DNA of 64,000 nucleotides from Escherichia coli O157:H7 (GCF_013167455.1 NZ_CP038328.1); one strand, 5' to 3'. Shown: positions 33,873 to 46,676, counted from the first letter of the stretch. Notes: generated by a model not told the origin, from the letters alone. A program made the numbers and translations.

Positions 33873-36761
33873 ATGCCCCGCAGCACCTGGTTCAAAGCAT
33901 TATTGTTGTTAGTTGCCCTTTGGGCACCCTTAAGTCAGGCAGAAACGGGATGGCAGCCGATTCAGGAAACCATCCGTAAAAGTGATAAAGATAACCGCCA
34001 GTATCAGGCTATACGTCTGGATAACGGTATGGTGGTCTTGCTGGTTTCTGATCCGCAGGCAGTTAAATCGCTATCGGCGCTGGTGGTGCCCGTTGGGTCG
34101 CTGGAAGATCCCGAGGCGTACCAGGGGCTGGCACATTACCTTGAACATATGAGTCTGATGGGGTCGAAAAAGTACCCGCAGGCTGACAGTCTGGCCGAAT
34201 ATCTCAAAATGCACGGCGGTAGTCACAATGCCAGCACTGCGCCGTATCGCACGGCTTTCTATCTGGAAGTTGAGAACGACGCCTTGCCCGGTGCGGTAGA
34301 CCGCCTGGCCGATGCTATTGCAGAACCCTTGCTCGACAAGAAATACGCCGAACGTGAGCGTAATGCAGTGAACGCTGAATTAACCATGGCGCGTACACGT
34401 GACGGGATGCGCATGGCACAGGTCAGCGCAGAAACCATTAACCCGGCACACCCCGGTTCAAAGTTTTCTGGTGGTAACCTCGAAACTTTAAGCGACAAAC
34501 CTGGTAATCCGGTGCAGCAGGCGCTGAAAGATTTCCACGAGAAGTACTATTCCGCCAATTTGATGAAGGCGGTTATTTACAGTAATAAACCGCTGCCGGA
34601 GTTGGCAAAAATGGCGGCGGACACTTTTGGTCGCGTGCCGAACAAAGAGAGCAAAAAACCGGAAATCACCGTGCCGGTAGTCACCGACGCGCAAAAGGGC
34701 ATTATCATTCATTACGTCCCAGCGCTGCCGCGTAAAGTTCTGCGCGTTGAGTTTCGCATCGATAACAACTCAGCGAAGTTCCGCAGTAAAACGGATGAAT
34801 TGATTACCTATCTGATTGGTAATCGCAGCCCAGGTACACTGTCTGACTGGCTGCAAAAGCAGGGGTTAGTTGAGGGCATTAGCGCCAACTCCGATCCTAT
34901 CGTCAACGGCAACAGCGGCGTATTAGCGATCTCTGCGTCTTTAACCGATAAAGGTCTGGCGAATCGCGATCAGGTTGTGGCGGCTATTTTTAGCTACCTC
35001 AATTTGTTACGTGAAAAAGGGATCGATAAACAATACTTCGATGAACTGGCGAATGTGCTGGATATCGACTTCCGTTATCCGTCAATCACCCGTGATATGG
35101 ATTACGTCGAATGGCTGGCAGATACCATGATTCGCGTTCCTGTTGAGCATACGCTGGATGCAGTCAATATTGCCGATCGGTACGATGCTAAAGCAGTAAA
35201 AGAACGTCTGGCGATGATGACGCCGCAGAATGCGCGTATCTGGTATATCAGCCCGAAAGAGCCGCACAATAAAACGGCTTATTTTGTCGATGCGCCGTAT
35301 CAGGTCGATAAAATCAGCGAACAAACTTTCGCTGACTGGCAGCAAAAAGCTGCCAATATTGCGCTCTCCTTACCGGAGCTTAACCCCTATATTCCTGACG
35401 ATTTCTCGCTGATTAAGTCAGAGAAGAAATATGACCATCCAGAGCTGATTGTTGATGAGTCGAATCTGCGCGTGGTGTATGCGCCAAGCCGTTATTTTTC
35501 CAGCGAACCCAAAGCTGATGTCAGCCTGATTTTGCGTAATCCGAAAGCCATGGACAGCGCCCGCAATCAGGTGATGTTTGCGCTCAATGATTATCTCGCA
35601 GGGCTGGCGCTTGATCAGTTAAGCAACCAGGCGTCGGTTGGTGGCATAAGTTTTTCCACCAACGCTAACAACGGCCTTATGGTTAATGCTAATGGTTACA
35701 CCCAGCGTCTGCCGCAGCTGTTCCAGGCATTGCTCGAGGGATACTTTAGCTATACCGCTACGGAAGATCAGCTTGAGCAGGCGAAGTCCTGGTATAACCA
35801 GATGATGGATTCCGCAGAAAAGGGTAAAGCGTTTGAGCAGGCGATTATGCCCGCGCAGATGCTCTCGCAAGTGCCGTACTTCTCGCGAGATGAACGGCGT
35901 AAAATTTTGCCCTCCATTACGTTGAAAGAGGTGCTGGCTTATCGTGACGCCTTAAAATCAGGGGCTCGACCAGAGTTTATGGTTATCGGCAACATGACCG
36001 AGGCCCAGGCAACAACGCTGGCACGCGATGTGCAAAAACAGTTGGGCGCTGATGGTTCAGAGTGGTGTCGAAACAAAGATGTAGTGGTCGATAAAAAACA
36101 ATCCGTCATCTTTGAAAAAGCCGGTAACAGCACCGACTCCGCACTGGCAGCGGTATTTGTACCGACTGGCTACGATGAATACACAAGCTCAGCCTATAGC
36201 TCTCTGTTGGGGCAGATCGTACAGCCGTGGTTCTACAATCAGTTGCGTACCGAAGAACAATTGGGCTATGCCGTGTTTGCGTTTCCAATGAGCGTGGGGC
36301 GTCAGTGGGGCATGGGCTTCCTTTTGCAAAGCAATGATAAACAGCCTTCATTCTTGTGGGAGCGTTACAAGGCGTTTTTCCCAACCGCAGAGGCAAAATT
36401 GCGAGCGATGAAGCCAGATGAGTTTGCGCAAATCCAGCAGGCGGTAATTACCCAGATGCTGCAGGCACCGCAAACGCTCGGCGAAGAAGCATTGAAGTTA
36501 AGTAAAGATTTCGATCGCGGCAATATGCGCTTCGATTCGCGTGATAAAATCGTGGCCCAGATAAAACTGCTGACGCCGCAAAAACTTGCTGATTTCTTCC
36601 ATCAGGCGGTGGTCGAGCCGCAAGGCATGGCTATTCTGTCGCAGATTTCCGGCAGCCAGAACGGGAAAGCCGAATATGTGCATCCTGAAGGCTGGAAAGT
36701 GTGGGAGAACGTCAGCGCGTTGCAGCAAACAATGCCCCTGATGAGTGAAAAGAATGAGTGA
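33873..36761 (+). CDS. ptrA: protease III (pitrilysin), periplasmic M16 zinc metalloprotease
   Basis: 962-aa ORF with signal peptide and HxxEH motif (HYLEH). Confidence 0.96.
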   Translation: MPRSTWFKALLLLVALWAPLSQAETGWQPIQETIRKSDKDNRQYQAIRLDNGMVVLLVSDPQAVKSLSALVVPVGSLEDPEAYQGLAHYLEHMSLMGSKKYPQADSLAEYLKMHGGSHNASTAPYRTAFYLEVENDALPGAVDRLADAIAEPLLDKKYAERERNAVNAELTMARTRDGMRMAQVSAETINPAHPGSKFSGGNLETLSDKPGNPVQQALKDFHEKYYSANLMKAVIYSNKPLPELAKMAADTFGRVPNKESKKPEITVPVVTDAQKGIIIHYVPALPRKVLRVEFRIDNNSAKFRSKTDELITYLIGNRSPGTLSDWLQKQGLVEGISANSDPIVNGNSGVLAISASLTDKGLANRDQVVAAIFSYLNLLREKGIDKQYFDELANVLDIDFRYPSITRDMDYVEWLADTMIRVPVEHTLDAVNIADRYDAKAVKERLAMMTPQNARIWYISPKEPHNKTAYFVDAPYQVDKISEQTFADWQQKAANIALSLPELNPYIPDDFSLIKSEKKYDHPELIVDESNLRVVYAPSRYFSSEPKADVSLILRNPKAMDSARNQVMFALNDYLAGLALDQLSNQASVGGISFSTNANNGLMVNANGYTQRLPQLFQALLEGYFSYTATEDQLEQAKSWYNQMMDSAEKGKAFEQAIMPAQMLSQVPYFSRDERRKILPSITLKEVLAYRDALKSGARPEFMVIGNMTEAQATTLARDVQKQLGADGSEWCRNKDVVVDKKQSVIFEKAGNSTDSALAAVFVPTGYDEYTSSAYSSLLGQIVQPWFYNQLRTEEQLGYAVFAFPMSVGRQWGMGFLLQSNDKQPSFLWERYKAFFPTAEAKLRAMKPDEFAQIQQAVITQMLQAPQTLGEEALKLSKDFDRGNMRFDSRDKIVAQIKLLTPQKLADFFHQAVVEPQGMAILSQISGSQNGKAEYVHPEGWKVWENVSALQQTMPLMSEKNE

Positions 36762-39700
36762 TGTCGCCGAGACACTAGATCCTTTGCGCTTGCCCTTTCA
36801 GGGCGAGCGCCTGATTGAAGCCTCTGCCGGCACAGGCAAAACCTTTACGATTGCGGCGCTCTATTTGCGCCTGTTACTTGGACTAGGCGGTTCCGCCGCC
36901 TTTCCCCGCCCGCTGACCGTTGAAGAACTGCTGGTGGTCACCTTTACCGAGGCTGCCACGGCAGAATTGCGTGGTCGTATCCGTAGCAATATCCATGAGT
37001 TGCGCATCGCCTGTCTGCGTGAAACCACCGACAATCCACTGTACGAACGTCTGCTGGAAGAGATCGACGATAAAGCGCAAGCCGCGAAGTGGTTGTTGTT
37101 AGCCGAACGGCAGATGGATGAAGCGGCAGTCTTTACTATTCACGGTTTTTGCCAGCGCATGCTCAACCTGAATGCCTTTGAATCCGGCATGCTGTTTGAG
37201 CAGCAGCTGATTGAAGATGAGTCTCTGCTACGTTACCAGGCCTGCGCCGATTTCTGGCGTCGCCACTGCTACCCGCTGCCGCGTGAAATAGCCCAGGTCG
37301 TCTTTGAAACCTGGAAAGGGCCGCAGGCGTTGCTGCGCGATATTAATCGTTATCTGCAAGGTGAAGCGCCGGTTATCAAAGCACCGCCGCCCGATGATGA
37401 AACGCTGGCTTCCCGTCACGCGCAAATTGTGGCGCGTATTGATACGGTAAAACAGCAGTGGCGCGACGCAGTGGGTGAACTGGATGCGCTGATCGAATCT
37501 TCTGGTATTGATCGACGCAAGTTTAACCGTAGCAATCAGGCTAAATGGATCGACAAGATCAGCGCCTGGGCAGAAGAAGAGAGAAACAGTTATCAGTTGC
37601 CGGAGTCGCTGGAAAAATTCTCCCAGCGTTTCTTAGAAGATCGCACGAAGGCCGGGGGGGAAACCCCGCGACATCCACTGTTTGAGGCGATCGATCAACT
37701 GCTTGCAGAACCATTGTCGATCCGCGATCTGGTGATCACCCGCGCATTGGCTGAGATCCGCGAAACAGTAGCGCGTGAAAAACGCCGCCGTGGCGAATTG
37801 GGTTTTGATGACATGTTAAGTCGGCTCGATTCCGCGCTGCGTAGCGAAAGCGGTGAGGTGTTGGCAGCGGCGATCCGTACGCGATTCCCGGTGGCAATGA
37901 TCGATGAATTTCAGGATACCGACCCCCAGCAGTACCGAATTTTTCGCCGTATCTGGCACCATCAGCCGGAAACCGCATTGTTGCTGATTGGCGACCCGAA
38001 GCAGGCCATATATGCATTCCGGGGTGCGGATATCTTCACTTATATGAAGGCGCGTAGTGAAGTTCACGCCCACTACACTTTAGACACCAACTGGCGCTCC
38101 GCACCTGGAATGGTGAACAGTGTGAACAAGCTTTTCAGCCAGACTGATGACGCGTTCATGTTTCGCGAAATACCGTTTATTCCAGTGAAATCAGCCGGGA
38201 AAAATCAGGCGTTACGTTTTGTCTTTAAAGGTGAAACGCAGCCTGCGATGAAAATGTGGCTGATGGAAGGCGAAAGTTGCGGCGTTGGCGACTATCAAAG
38301 TACCATGGCGCAGGTAAGTGCTGCGCAAATTCGCGACTGGCTACAAGCCGGACAGCGGGGCGAAGCGTTGCTGATGAACGGCGACGACGCGCGTCCGGTG
38401 CGTGCTTCGGACATCAGTGTGCTGGTGCGCAGCCGCCAGGAGGCCGCCCAGGTGCGCGATGCCTTAACGTTGCTGGAAATCCCTTCCGTTTACCTTTCGA
38501 ACCGCGACAGTGTTTTTGAAACTCTGGAAGCGCAGGAAATGCTTTGGTTGTTGCAGGCGGTGATGACGCCCGAACGTGAGAACACCCTGCGTAGTGCGCT
38601 GGCAACGTCAATGATGGGGCTGAACGCGCTGGATATCGAAACGCTGAATAATGACGAACATGCGTGGGACGCGGTGGTCGAAGAGTTCGATGGTTATCGG
38701 CAAATCTGGCGCAAACGTGGCGTTATGCCGATGATGCGGGCGCTGATGTCGGCGCGTAACATTGCAGAAAACTTGCTGGCAACGGCAGGCGGTGAGCGGC
38801 GTCTTACCGATATCTTGCATATCAGCGAACTGCTACAAGAAGCCGGAACGCAGCTGGAAAGTGAACATGCGCTGGTACGCTGGTTATCGCAACATATCCT
38901 CGAGCCAGACAGTAATGCCTCCAGCCAACAAATGCGCCTCGAAAGTGATAAACATCTGGTACAGATTGTCACGATCCATAAATCAAAAGGGCTGGAATAT
39001 CCGCTGGTCTGGTTGCCATTTATTACCAATTTCCGCGTCCAGGATCAGGCGTTTTATCACGATCGCCACTCGTTTGAGGCTGTTCTGGATCTTAACGCTG
39101 CGCCAGAAAGCGTCGATCTTGCGGAGGTCGAACGTCTGGCGGAAGATCTGCGTTTGCTTTACGTGGCGCTGACGCGTTCGGTTTGGCATTGCAGTCTCGG
39201 CGTTGCACCGCTGGTGCGCCGTCGTGGCGATAAAAAAGGTGACACCGACGTCCACCAAAGTGCCCTCGGGCGTTTGCTGCAAAAAGGGGAACCGCAAGAT
39301 GCGGCAGGGCTTCGCACCTGTATTGAAGCGTTATGCGATGATGATATTGCCTGGCAAACGGCACAAACTGGTGATAACCAGCCCTGGCAGGTTAATGATG
39401 CTTTAACTGCAGAACTGAATGCGAGGACGCTACAACGATTGCCCGGCGATAACTGGCGTGTCACCAGCTACTCCGGCTTGCAGCAGCGTGGTCACGGTAT
39501 CGCTCAGGATCTGATGCCACGGCTGGATGTTGATGCCGCAGGCGTGGTCAGCGTCGTTGAAGAACCGACGTTAACACCGCATCAGTTCCCGCGCGGTGCG
39601 TCACCGGGGACATTCTTGCACAGTTTGTTTGAAGACCTCAATTTTACCCAGCCGGTTGACCCGAACTGGGTACAGGAAAAACTGGAACTCGGCGGCTTTG

Positions 39701-40296
39701 AATCGCAGTGGGAACCGGTGTTGACCGAGTGGATCACGGCTGTCCTCCAGGCACCTCTCAATGAAACGGGTGTTAGCCTGAGTCAGCTTTCCGACCGCGA
39801 TAAACAGGTGGAGATGGAGTTTTACCTGCCGATTAGCGAACCGCTCATCGCCAGCCAGCTTGATGCACTAATTCGCCAGTTTGACCCGCTATCCGCTGGC
39901 TGCCCGCCGCTGGAGTTCATGCAGGCACGTGGCATGTTAAAAGGCTTTATCGACCTGGTGTTCCGCCACGAAGGGCGTTATTACCTGCTCGACTATAAAT
40001 CCAACTGGTTGGGTGAAGATAGTTCGGCTTACACCCAACAGGCTATGGCAGCGGCAATGCAGGCACACCGCTATGATCTGCAATATCAGCTTTATACCCT
40101 GGCGCTGCACCGTTATCTGCGCCATCGCATTGCTGATTACGACTATGAGCGCCACTTTGGCGGCGTTATTTATCTGTTCCTGCGTGGTGTTGATAAAGAA
40201 CATCCGCAACAAGGGATTTACACAACCCGCCCCAACGCCGGGTTGATTGACCTGATGGATGAGATGTTTGCCGGTATGACTCTGGAGGAGGCGTAA
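36754..40296 (+). CDS. recB: exodeoxyribonuclease V (RecBCD) beta subunit, helicase-nuclease
   Basis: N-terminus [31 protein letters not shown] from ATG 36754 (1180 aa); the ORF-track entry starts 3 codons earlier; overlaps ptrA stop by 8 nt. Confidence 0.96.
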   Translation: MSDVAETLDPLRLPFQGERLIEASAGTGKTFTIAALYLRLLLGLGGSAAFPRPLTVEELLVVTFTEAATAELRGRIRSNIHELRIACLRETTDNPLYERLLEEIDDKAQAAKWLLLAERQMDEAAVFTIHGFCQRMLNLNAFESGMLFEQQLIEDESLLRYQACADFWRRHCYPLPREIAQVVFETWKGPQALLRDINRYLQGEAPVIKAPPPDDETLASRHAQIVARIDTVKQQWRDAVGELDALIESSGIDRRKFNRSNQAKWIDKISAWAEEERNSYQLPESLEKFSQRFLEDRTKAGGETPRHPLFEAIDQLLAEPLSIRDLVITRALAEIRETVAREKRRRGELGFDDMLSRLDSALRSESGEVLAAAIRTRFPVAMIDEFQDTDPQQYRIFRRIWHHQPETALLLIGDPKQAIYAFRGADIFTYMKARSEVHAHYTLDTNWRSAPGMVNSVNKLFSQTDDAFMFREIPFIPVKSAGKNQALRFVFKGETQPAMKMWLMEGESCGVGDYQSTMAQVSAAQIRDWLQAGQRGEALLMNGDDARPVRASDISVLVRSRQEAAQVRDALTLLEIPSVYLSNRDSVFETLEAQEMLWLLQAVMTPERENTLRSALATSMMGLNALDIETLNNDEHAWDAVVEEFDGYRQIWRKRGVMPMMRALMSARNIAENLLATAGGERRLTDILHISELLQEAGTQLESEHALVRWLSQHILEPDSNASSQQMRLESDKHLVQIVTIHKSKGLEYPLVWLPFITNFRVQDQAFYHDRHSFEAVLDLNAAPESVDLAEVERLAEDLRLLYVALTRSVWHCSLGVAPLVRRRGDKKGDTDVHQSALGRLLQKGEPQDAAGLRTCIEALCDDDIAWQTAQTGDNQPWQVNDALTAELNARTLQRLPGDNWRVTSYSGLQQRGHGIAQDLMPRLDVDAAGVVSVVEEPTLTPHQFPRGASPGTFLHSLFEDLNFTQPVDPNWVQEKLELGGFESQWEPVLTEWITAVLQAPLNETGVSLSQLSDRDKQVEMEFYLPISEPLIASQLDALIRQFDPLSAGCPPLEFMQARGMLKGFIDLVFRHEGRYYLLDYKSNWLGEDSSAYTQQAMAAAMQAHRYDLQYQLYTLALHRYLRHRIADYDYERHFGGVIYLFLRGVDKEHPQQGIYTTRPNAGLIDLMDEMFAGMTLEEA

Positions 40297-42122
40297 TGAA
40301 ATTGCAAAAGCAATTACTGGAAGCTGTGGAGCACAAACAGCTACGCCCGCTGGACGTGCAGTTTGCCCTGACCGTGGCGGGAGATGAACATCCTGCCGTC
40401 ACCCTCGCGGCGGCACTGTTAAGTCATGATGCCGGAGAGGGGCACGTTTGTTTGCCGCTTTCACGACTGGAAAATAATGAGGAGTCGCATCCGCTGTTGG
40501 CGACCTGTGTCAGTGAAATCGGTGAGCTACAAAATTGGGAAGAATGCTTGCTGGCTTCACAAGCGGTCAGCCGGGGAGATGAACCCACGCCGATGATCCT
40601 CTGTGGCGATCGTCTTTATTTGAATCGCATGTGGTGTAACGAGCGGACGGTAGCGCGCTTCTTCAATGAGGTGAATCATGCCATCGAGGTGGATGAAGCC
40701 TTGTTGGCGCAAACCCTGGATAAACTCTTTCCGACTGGTGATGAAATTAACTGGCAAAAAGTGGCGGCAGCAGTGGCGCTGACGCGGCGGATCTCGGTGA
40801 TTTCCGGCGGCCCTGGCACCGGTAAAACGACCACCGTAGCGAAGTTGCTGGCAGCGTTAATTCAAATGGCCGACGGCGAACGCTGCCGTATCCGTCTGGC
40901 TGCACCAACGGGTAAAGCTGCCGCGCGCTTAACCGAATCTCTCGGCAAGGCTTTGCGACAGTTACCGCTGACCGATGAACAAAAGAAACGTATTCCGGAA
41001 GATGCCAGTACTTTGCACCGATTGCTGGGTGCGCAGCCGGGTAGCCAGCGTTTACGTCATCATGCCGGTAACCCGCTGCATCTTGATGTGCTGGTGGTAG
41101 ATGAAGCGTCAATGATCGATCTGCCTATGATGTCGAGACTGATCGACGCCTTGCCCGATCATGCGCGAGTGATCTTTCTCGGCGATCGTGATCAACTGGC
41201 CTCGGTTGAGGCTGGGGCTGTGCTGGGCGATATCTGCGCTTATGCCAATGCCGGCTTTACCGCCGAGCGTGCCGGGCAGCTAAGCCGCCTGACGGGAACT
41301 CACGTTCCGGCAGGAACTGGCACAGAAGCGGCATCTTTGCGCGACAGTCTCTGCCTGCTGCAAAAAAGCTATCGTTTCGGCAGCGATTCTGGCATTGGTC
41401 AGTTAGCTGCGGCGATCAACCGTGGTGATAAAACGGCAGTGAAAACCGTTTTTCAGCAGGATTTTACTGATATTGAAAAACGGCTTTTACAGAGCGGCGA
41501 AGATTATATTGCGATGCTTGAGGAAGCTCTTGCGGGTTATGGACGTTATCTGGATCTGCTGCAAGCGCGTGCCGAGCCGGATTTAATCATTCAGGCGTTC
41601 AATGAGTACCAACTTTTGTGCGCCCTGCGGGAAGGGCCATTTGGCGTGGCTGGACTGAATGAGCGAATTGAGCAGTTTATGCAACAGAAGCGCAAAATTC
41701 ATCGTAATCCGCACTCTCGTTGGTACGAAGGCCGACCGGTGATGATTGCCCGTAATGACAGCGCGCTTGGGTTGTTTAATGGCGATATCGGTATTGCGCT
41801 GGATCGCGGGCAGGGGACGCGCGTCTGGTTTGCGATGCCGGACGGCAATATTAAGTCTGTGCAACCGAGTCGCTTGCCAGAGCACGAAACTACGTGGGCG
41901 ATGACGGTACATAAATCGCAGGGATCGGAGTTCGACCATGCGGCGTTGATTTTACCGAGCCAACGCACGCCGGTAGTAACGCGAGAGCTGGTTTATACCG
42001 CGGTGACCCGCGCGCGTCGCCGTCTGTCGCTGTATGCCGATGAGCGCATATTAAGTGCGGCAATCGCCACTCGTACTGAGCGGCGCAGTGGTCTGGCGGC
42101 GTTGTTTAGTTCACGGGAATAA
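40296..42122 (+). CDS. recD: exodeoxyribonuclease V (RecBCD) alpha subunit, helicase
   Basis: 608-aa ORF with Walker A (GGPGTGKTT); start overlaps recB stop. Confidence 0.96.
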   Translation: MKLQKQLLEAVEHKQLRPLDVQFALTVAGDEHPAVTLAAALLSHDAGEGHVCLPLSRLENNEESHPLLATCVSEIGELQNWEECLLASQAVSRGDEPTPMILCGDRLYLNRMWCNERTVARFFNEVNHAIEVDEALLAQTLDKLFPTGDEINWQKVAAAVALTRRISVISGGPGTGKTTTVAKLLAALIQMADGERCRIRLAAPTGKAAARLTESLGKALRQLPLTDEQKKRIPEDASTLHRLLGAQPGSQRLRHHAGNPLHLDVLVVDEASMIDLPMMSRLIDALPDHARVIFLGDRDQLASVEAGAVLGDICAYANAGFTAERAGQLSRLTGTHVPAGTGTEAASLRDSLCLLQKSYRFGSDSGIGQLAAAINRGDKTAVKTVFQQDFTDIEKRLLQSGEDYIAMLEEALAGYGRYLDLLQARAEPDLIIQAFNEYQLLCALREGPFGVAGLNERIEQFMQQKRKIHRNPHSRWYEGRPVMIARNDSALGLFNGDIGIALDRGQGTRVWFAMPDGNIKSVQPSRLPEHETTWAMTVHKSQGSEFDHAALILPSQRTPVVTRELVYTAVTRARRRLSLYADERILSAAIATRTERRSGLAALFSSRE

Positions 42123-42132
42123 ACGTAATTGC

Positions 42133-42169
42133 CGGATGCGACGTACGAGTGTTACGCATGTCGCATCCG
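42133..42169. repeat. REP-like palindrome between convergent recD and argA
   Basis: Perfect 10-bp inverted repeat CGGATGCGAC ... GTCGCATCCG (42133-42142 / 42160-42169). Confidence 0.6.
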
Positions 42170-42183
42170 ACGATTTTCATCGC

Positions 42184-43515
42184 TTACCCTAAATCCGCCA
42201 TCAACACTTTGGATTTACGCTGGTAGTTGTACAACTGCTTTTTGCTTTCGGGCAATAAATCAATATCCACCGGGGTAAATCCACGTTCCTGGAACCAGTG
42301 AATACTGCGCGTGGTCAGCACAAACAATTTGCTTAAGCCGCTCTGCTTCGCCTGAGCGGCAATGCGTTCCAGCAGAACCTCGCCCCGTGATGAGCTGCGG
42401 TAATCCGGGTGAACTGCCACACAGGCCATTTCCCCAATCTTCTCTTCCGGGAACGGATAGAGCGCGGCGCAGGCAATAGTCGTGTTATCGCGCTGAATAA
42501 TGGTGAATTTGTCGATTTCCATCTCCAGCTGCTCGCGAGAACGGCGTACCAGAATACCTTGCTGCTCCAGCGGGCGAATCAACTCCAGAATACCGCCGAT
42601 ATCGTTGATTGTTGCGCGACGAATCTGCTCGGCGCTTTCCATCACAATCTGCGTACCGATACCGTCGCGTGAGAACAACTCTTGCAACAGCGCGCCATCT
42701 TCCTGATAACTGATTAAATGACAGCGACGCACGCCGCTGCGGCAGGCTTTCACTGCGCCACGCAAAAAGCGCACCGTACCGGAGTTGTAATCGCCTTTCT
42801 CTTCCTGGGCTTCTACCCGCGCTTGCGCTTCGTTAGGGAAAAGTTCGGAGACAATATCACCGTCGTCATTAGTGACGCCCTGGGAAGAGCAAAAACCAAT
42901 CATCTTCTCAGCTTTCAGTTTGATGGCCAGTTGAGTGGCAATCTCTTCCGAGGTCAGATTAAAGCTCTCGCCAGTGACTGAAACAGCGACCGGCCCCATT
43001 AGCACTATTGCACCGCTGTCCAGTTGACGATGGATCGCGTCTTCATCAATCCGCCGGATACGCCCGCTATGGCAGTAATCCACGCCGTCATCGACGCCCA
43101 GCGGCTGGGCAATAATAAAATTGCCACTGACGACGTTGATATGCGCGCCCTGTAGCGGCGTGTTATTGAGACTCATCGACAGGCGAGCAGTAATATCCAG
43201 TTGCAATGTTCCCGCAGCCTGCTTCACCAGTTCCAGTGTTTTGGCGTCGGTCACACGTATATTCTTGTGATACAGCGGTTCGTGGTGATGCGCAGCCAGA
43301 TTTGCGTCGATCTGCGGACGTGCGCCATAGACCACCACCAGACGGATGCCGAGGCTGTGCAACAACCCGATATCATTAACGATACTGGAGAAATTCTCAT
43401 GCTCAATGGCTTCACCGCCGAGCATGATGACAAACGTTTTTCCCCGGTGGGTATTGATATAGGGAACCGAATGGCGGAATCCCTCGACCAGCTCGGTTTT
43501 ACGTTCCTTTACCAC
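42184..43515 (-). CDS. argA: amino-acid N-acetyltransferase (N-acetylglutamate synthase)
   Basis: ORF-track ORF is 465 aa, but ArgA begins (M)[35 protein letters not shown] at the GTG at 43515-43513 (443 aa). Confidence 0.92.
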   Translation of the reverse strand: MVKERKTELVEGFRHSVPYINTHRGKTFVIMLGGEAIEHENFSSIVNDIGLLHSLGIRLVVVYGARPQIDANLAAHHHEPLYHKNIRVTDAKTLELVKQAAGTLQLDITARLSMSLNNTPLQGAHINVVSGNFIIAQPLGVDDGVDYCHSGRIRRIDEDAIHRQLDSGAIVLMGPVAVSVTGESFNLTSEEIATQLAIKLKAEKMIGFCSSQGVTNDDGDIVSELFPNEAQARVEAQEEKGDYNSGTVRFLRGAVKACRSGVRRCHLISYQEDGALLQELFSRDGIGTQIVMESAEQIRRATINDIGGILELIRPLEQQGILVRRSREQLEMEIDKFTIIQRDNTTIACAALYPFPEEKIGEMACVAVHPDYRSSSRGEVLLERIAAQAKQSGLSKLFVLTTRSIHWFQERGFTPVDIDLLPESKKQLYNYQRKSKVLMADLG

Positions 43516-43519
43516 GGCA

Positions 43520-43600
43520 CACCTCTTTGCATTATTATTCGAATTTATTGTATTTTTATTCTGTTTTTTCGCAGGGTGCAAGTGTAAATTTTATGCGAGA
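43520..43600 (-). promoter_or_regulatory. argA promoter region with putative ArgR operator (ARG boxes)
   Basis: AT-rich sequence CATTATTATTCGAATTTATTGTATTTTTATTC just upstream of the argA start resembles tandem ARG boxes; not rigorously scored. Confidence 0.4.
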
Positions 43601-43746
43601 GCGACTTTTTTATCAGTAATGGCGTGAATATAAAAAGAATGTTTACCGTTTATTAGATGACAGATTATGCGTCTTTCGCTAAAGTTTCCGGTCAAATTAG
43701 TCGTTTACTTGTTACACAGCTTAGATTTCTTTTGCTCGGGAGAGGC

Positions 43747-45000
43747 ATGTCAGGATCCAACACTGCAATCAGCCGTCGTCGTTTACTGCAAGGCGCGGGT
43801 GCCATGTGGCTATTGAGCGTAAGTCAGGTCAGTCTGGCTGCGGTCAGCCAGGTCGTGGCGGTGCGCGTCTGGCCTGCGTCCAGCTACACCCGCGTGACGG
43901 TAGAATCAAATCGTCAGCTGAAATATAAGCAGTTCGCGTTGAGTAACCCGGAACGCGTGGTGGTGGATATCGAAGATGTAAACCTGAACTCGGTACTCAA
44001 GGGGATGGCGGCACAAATTCGTGCAGACGACCCGTTCATCAAGTCGGCGCGCGTCGGGCAATTTGACCCGCAAACCGTACGGATGGTTTTTGAATTAAAG
44101 CAAAACGTAAAACCGCAGCTGTTTGCCCTTGCGCCGGTCGCCGGGTTTAAAGAGCGTCTGGTGATGGACCTCTATCCGGCCAATGCACAGGATATGCAGG
44201 ACCCGCTGCTGGCGCTGCTGGAGGATTACAACAAAGGCGACCTCGAAAAGCAGGTGCCGCCAGCGCAAAGTGGTCCACAACCAGGTAAAGCAGGGCGCGA
44301 TCGTCCGATTGTCATTATGCTTGACCCTGGCCACGGTGGCGAAGACTCCGGTGCGGTGGGGAAATACAAAACGCGCGAAAAAGATGTGGTATTGCAAATA
44401 GCTCGCCGTTTGCGCTCTCTGATCGAGAAAGAGGGCAATATGAAGGTGTACATGACGCGCAATGAAGACATCTTCATTCCGTTGCAAGTGCGCGTAGCAA
44501 AAGCTCAGAAACAGCGTGCTGACCTGTTTGTCTCTATCCATGCCGACGCCTTTACCAGTCGCCAGCCGAGCGGTTCCTCGGTGTTTGCGCTCTCAACCAA
44601 AGGTGCAACCAGTACTGCGGCAAAATATCTGGCACAAACCCAGAACGCCTCCGACTTGATTGGTGGCGTGAGCAAAAGCGGTGACCGCTATGTCGACCAC
44701 ACCATGTTCGATATGGTGCAGTCGCTGACCATTGCTGACAGCCTTAAGTTTGGTAAAGCGGTGCTGAATAAGCTCGGTAAAATCAACAAGCTGCATAAAA
44801 ATCAAGTTGAACAGGCCGGGTTTGCCGTACTAAAGGCACCAGATATTCCCTCCATTCTGGTCGAAACGGCGTTTATCAGTAACGTTGAGGAAGAGCGTAA
44901 ACTGAAAACGGCGACCTTCCAGCAGGAAGTTGCGGAGTCTATTCTTGCGGGAATTAAAGCGTATTTTGCCGATGGGGCGACCCTGGCGAGAAGGGGATGA
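43747..45000 (+). CDS. amiC: N-acetylmuramoyl-L-alanine amidase AmiC (Tat-exported)
   Basis: ORF-track ORF starts at 43657; AmiC begins [23 protein letters not shown] (twin-arginine signal) at ATG 43747 (417 aa). Confidence 0.9.
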
Positions 45001-45001
45001 T

Positions 45002-45027
45002 AAAAAGGCGCTGAATGGCGCTTTTTT
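45002..45027 (+). terminator. possible terminator after amiC
   Basis: Short GCGC-TGAATG-GCGC hairpin flanked by an A-run and a T-run; weak stem. Confidence 0.4.
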
Positions 45028-45041
45028 ATAGGAGACCAGAA

Positions 45042-45066
45042 ACAAAAAAACACCCGTTAGGGTGTT
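45042..45066 (-). terminator. rho-independent terminator of the tRNA-fMet cluster
   Basis: Minus-strand hairpin AACACCC-TAAC-GGGTGTT followed by TTTTTTT (plus strand 45044-45050 are A). Confidence 0.7.
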
Positions 45067-45073
45067 CAATAAT

Positions 45074-45150
<77 letters not shown>

Positions 45151-45183
45151 TCACCGTACTGCTTTTACTTCATCAAATTTGAT

Positions 45184-45260
<77 letters not shown>

Positions 45261-45293
45261 TCACCGTACTGCTTTACTTCATCAAATTTTAAT

Positions 45294-45370
<77 letters not shown>

Positions 45371-45578
45371 TCCGTGGATGCGCACTATACTCCGCTCGCG
45401 TTTTCATGCAACCTTTTTTTTACCCCGATCACGGATCTGGCATGATTTTGAACAAAAACAAATCACTAAAGCCTATTTTTTGTGCAAAATTTGCGTCAGG
45501 GAGAGGCTGCTCATTTCATTAAACGCGGTGGTTTGTTATCTTCGTTGCGCCTTATTTTTTAACCTGAAGAAGAGAACA

Positions 45579-46676
45579 ATGAAAGGACGTTGGGTAAAGT
45601 ACCTTCTTATGGGCACGGTTGTGGCAATGCTTGCCGCCTGCTCTTCCAAACCAACCGATCGCGGACAGCAATATAAAGACGGGAAATTTACCCAGCCTTT
45701 CTCTCTGGTGAACCAGCCAGATGCCGTTGGCGCGCCGATTAACGCCGGTGATTTTGCCGAGCAAATTAACCATATCCGTAATTCGTCACCGCGTCTGTAT
45801 GGCAACCAGAGTAATGTTTATAACGCGGTGCAAGAGTGGCTGCGCGCAGGCGGTGATACCCGCAATATGCGCCAGTTCGGCATTGATGCCTGGCAGATGG
45901 AAGGTGCCGACAACTATGGTAACGTGCAGTTTACAGGCTATTACACGCCGGTAATTCAGGCGCGCCATACCCGCCAGGGCGAGTTCCAGTATCCTATTTA
46001 CCGTATGCCGCCAAAACGTGGTCGTCTGCCGTCTCGTGCGGAGATCTACGCGGGTGCATTGAGCGATAAGTACATCCTCGCTTACAGCAACTCTCTGATG
46101 GATAATTTCATTATGGATGTGCAGGGTAGTGGGTATATCGACTTTGGTGATGGCAGTCCGCTTAACTTTTTCAGCTATGCAGGGAAAAACGGTCATGCCT
46201 ATCGCAGCATTGGTAAGGTGCTGATCGACCGTGGCGAAGTGAAAAAAGAAGATATGTCGATGCAGGCGATTCGTCATTGGGGCGAAACACACAGTGAAGC
46301 CGAGGTTCGCGAGCTGCTGGAACAGAACCCGTCTTTCGTTTTCTTTAAACCGCAATCTTTTGCACCGGTGAAAGGGGCAAGTGCGGTGCCGCTGGTTGGC
46401 CGTGCTTCTGTTGCCTCTGATCGTTCCATTATCCCACCAGGTACAACCTTGCTGGCAGAAGTGCCGCTGCTGGATAATAACGGCAAATTTAACGGTCAGT
46501 ACGAATTGCGTCTGATGGTGGCGTTGGATGTCGGTGGCGCAATCAAAGGCCAACACTTCGATATTTATCAAGGGATCGGGCCGGAAGCCGGACACCGCGC
46601 AGGTTGGTACAACCACTATGGACGTGTCTGGGTGCTGAAAACCGCCCCGGGCGCAGGTAACGTCTTTAGCGGCTGA
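45579..46676 (+). CDS. mltA: membrane-bound lytic murein transglycosylase A (lipoprotein)
   Basis: ORF-track ORF starts at 45297 inside the tRNA cluster; MltA begins MKGRWVKYLLMGTVVAMLAACSS (lipobox) at ATG 45579 (365 aa). Confidence 0.93.
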   Translation: MKGRWVKYLLMGTVVAMLAACSSKPTDRGQQYKDGKFTQPFSLVNQPDAVGAPINAGDFAEQINHIRNSSPRLYGNQSNVYNAVQEWLRAGGDTRNMRQFGIDAWQMEGADNYGNVQFTGYYTPVIQARHTRQGEFQYPIYRMPPKRGRLPSRAEIYAGALSDKYILAYSNSLMDNFIMDVQGSGYIDFGDGSPLNFFSYAGKNGHAYRSIGKVLIDRGEVKKEDMSMQAIRHWGETHSEAEVRELLEQNPSFVFFKPQSFAPVKGASAVPLVGRASVASDRSIIPPGTTLLAEVPLLDNNGKFNGQYELRLMVALDVGGAIKGQHFDIYQGIGPEAGHRAGWYNHYGRVWVLKTAPGAGNVFSG

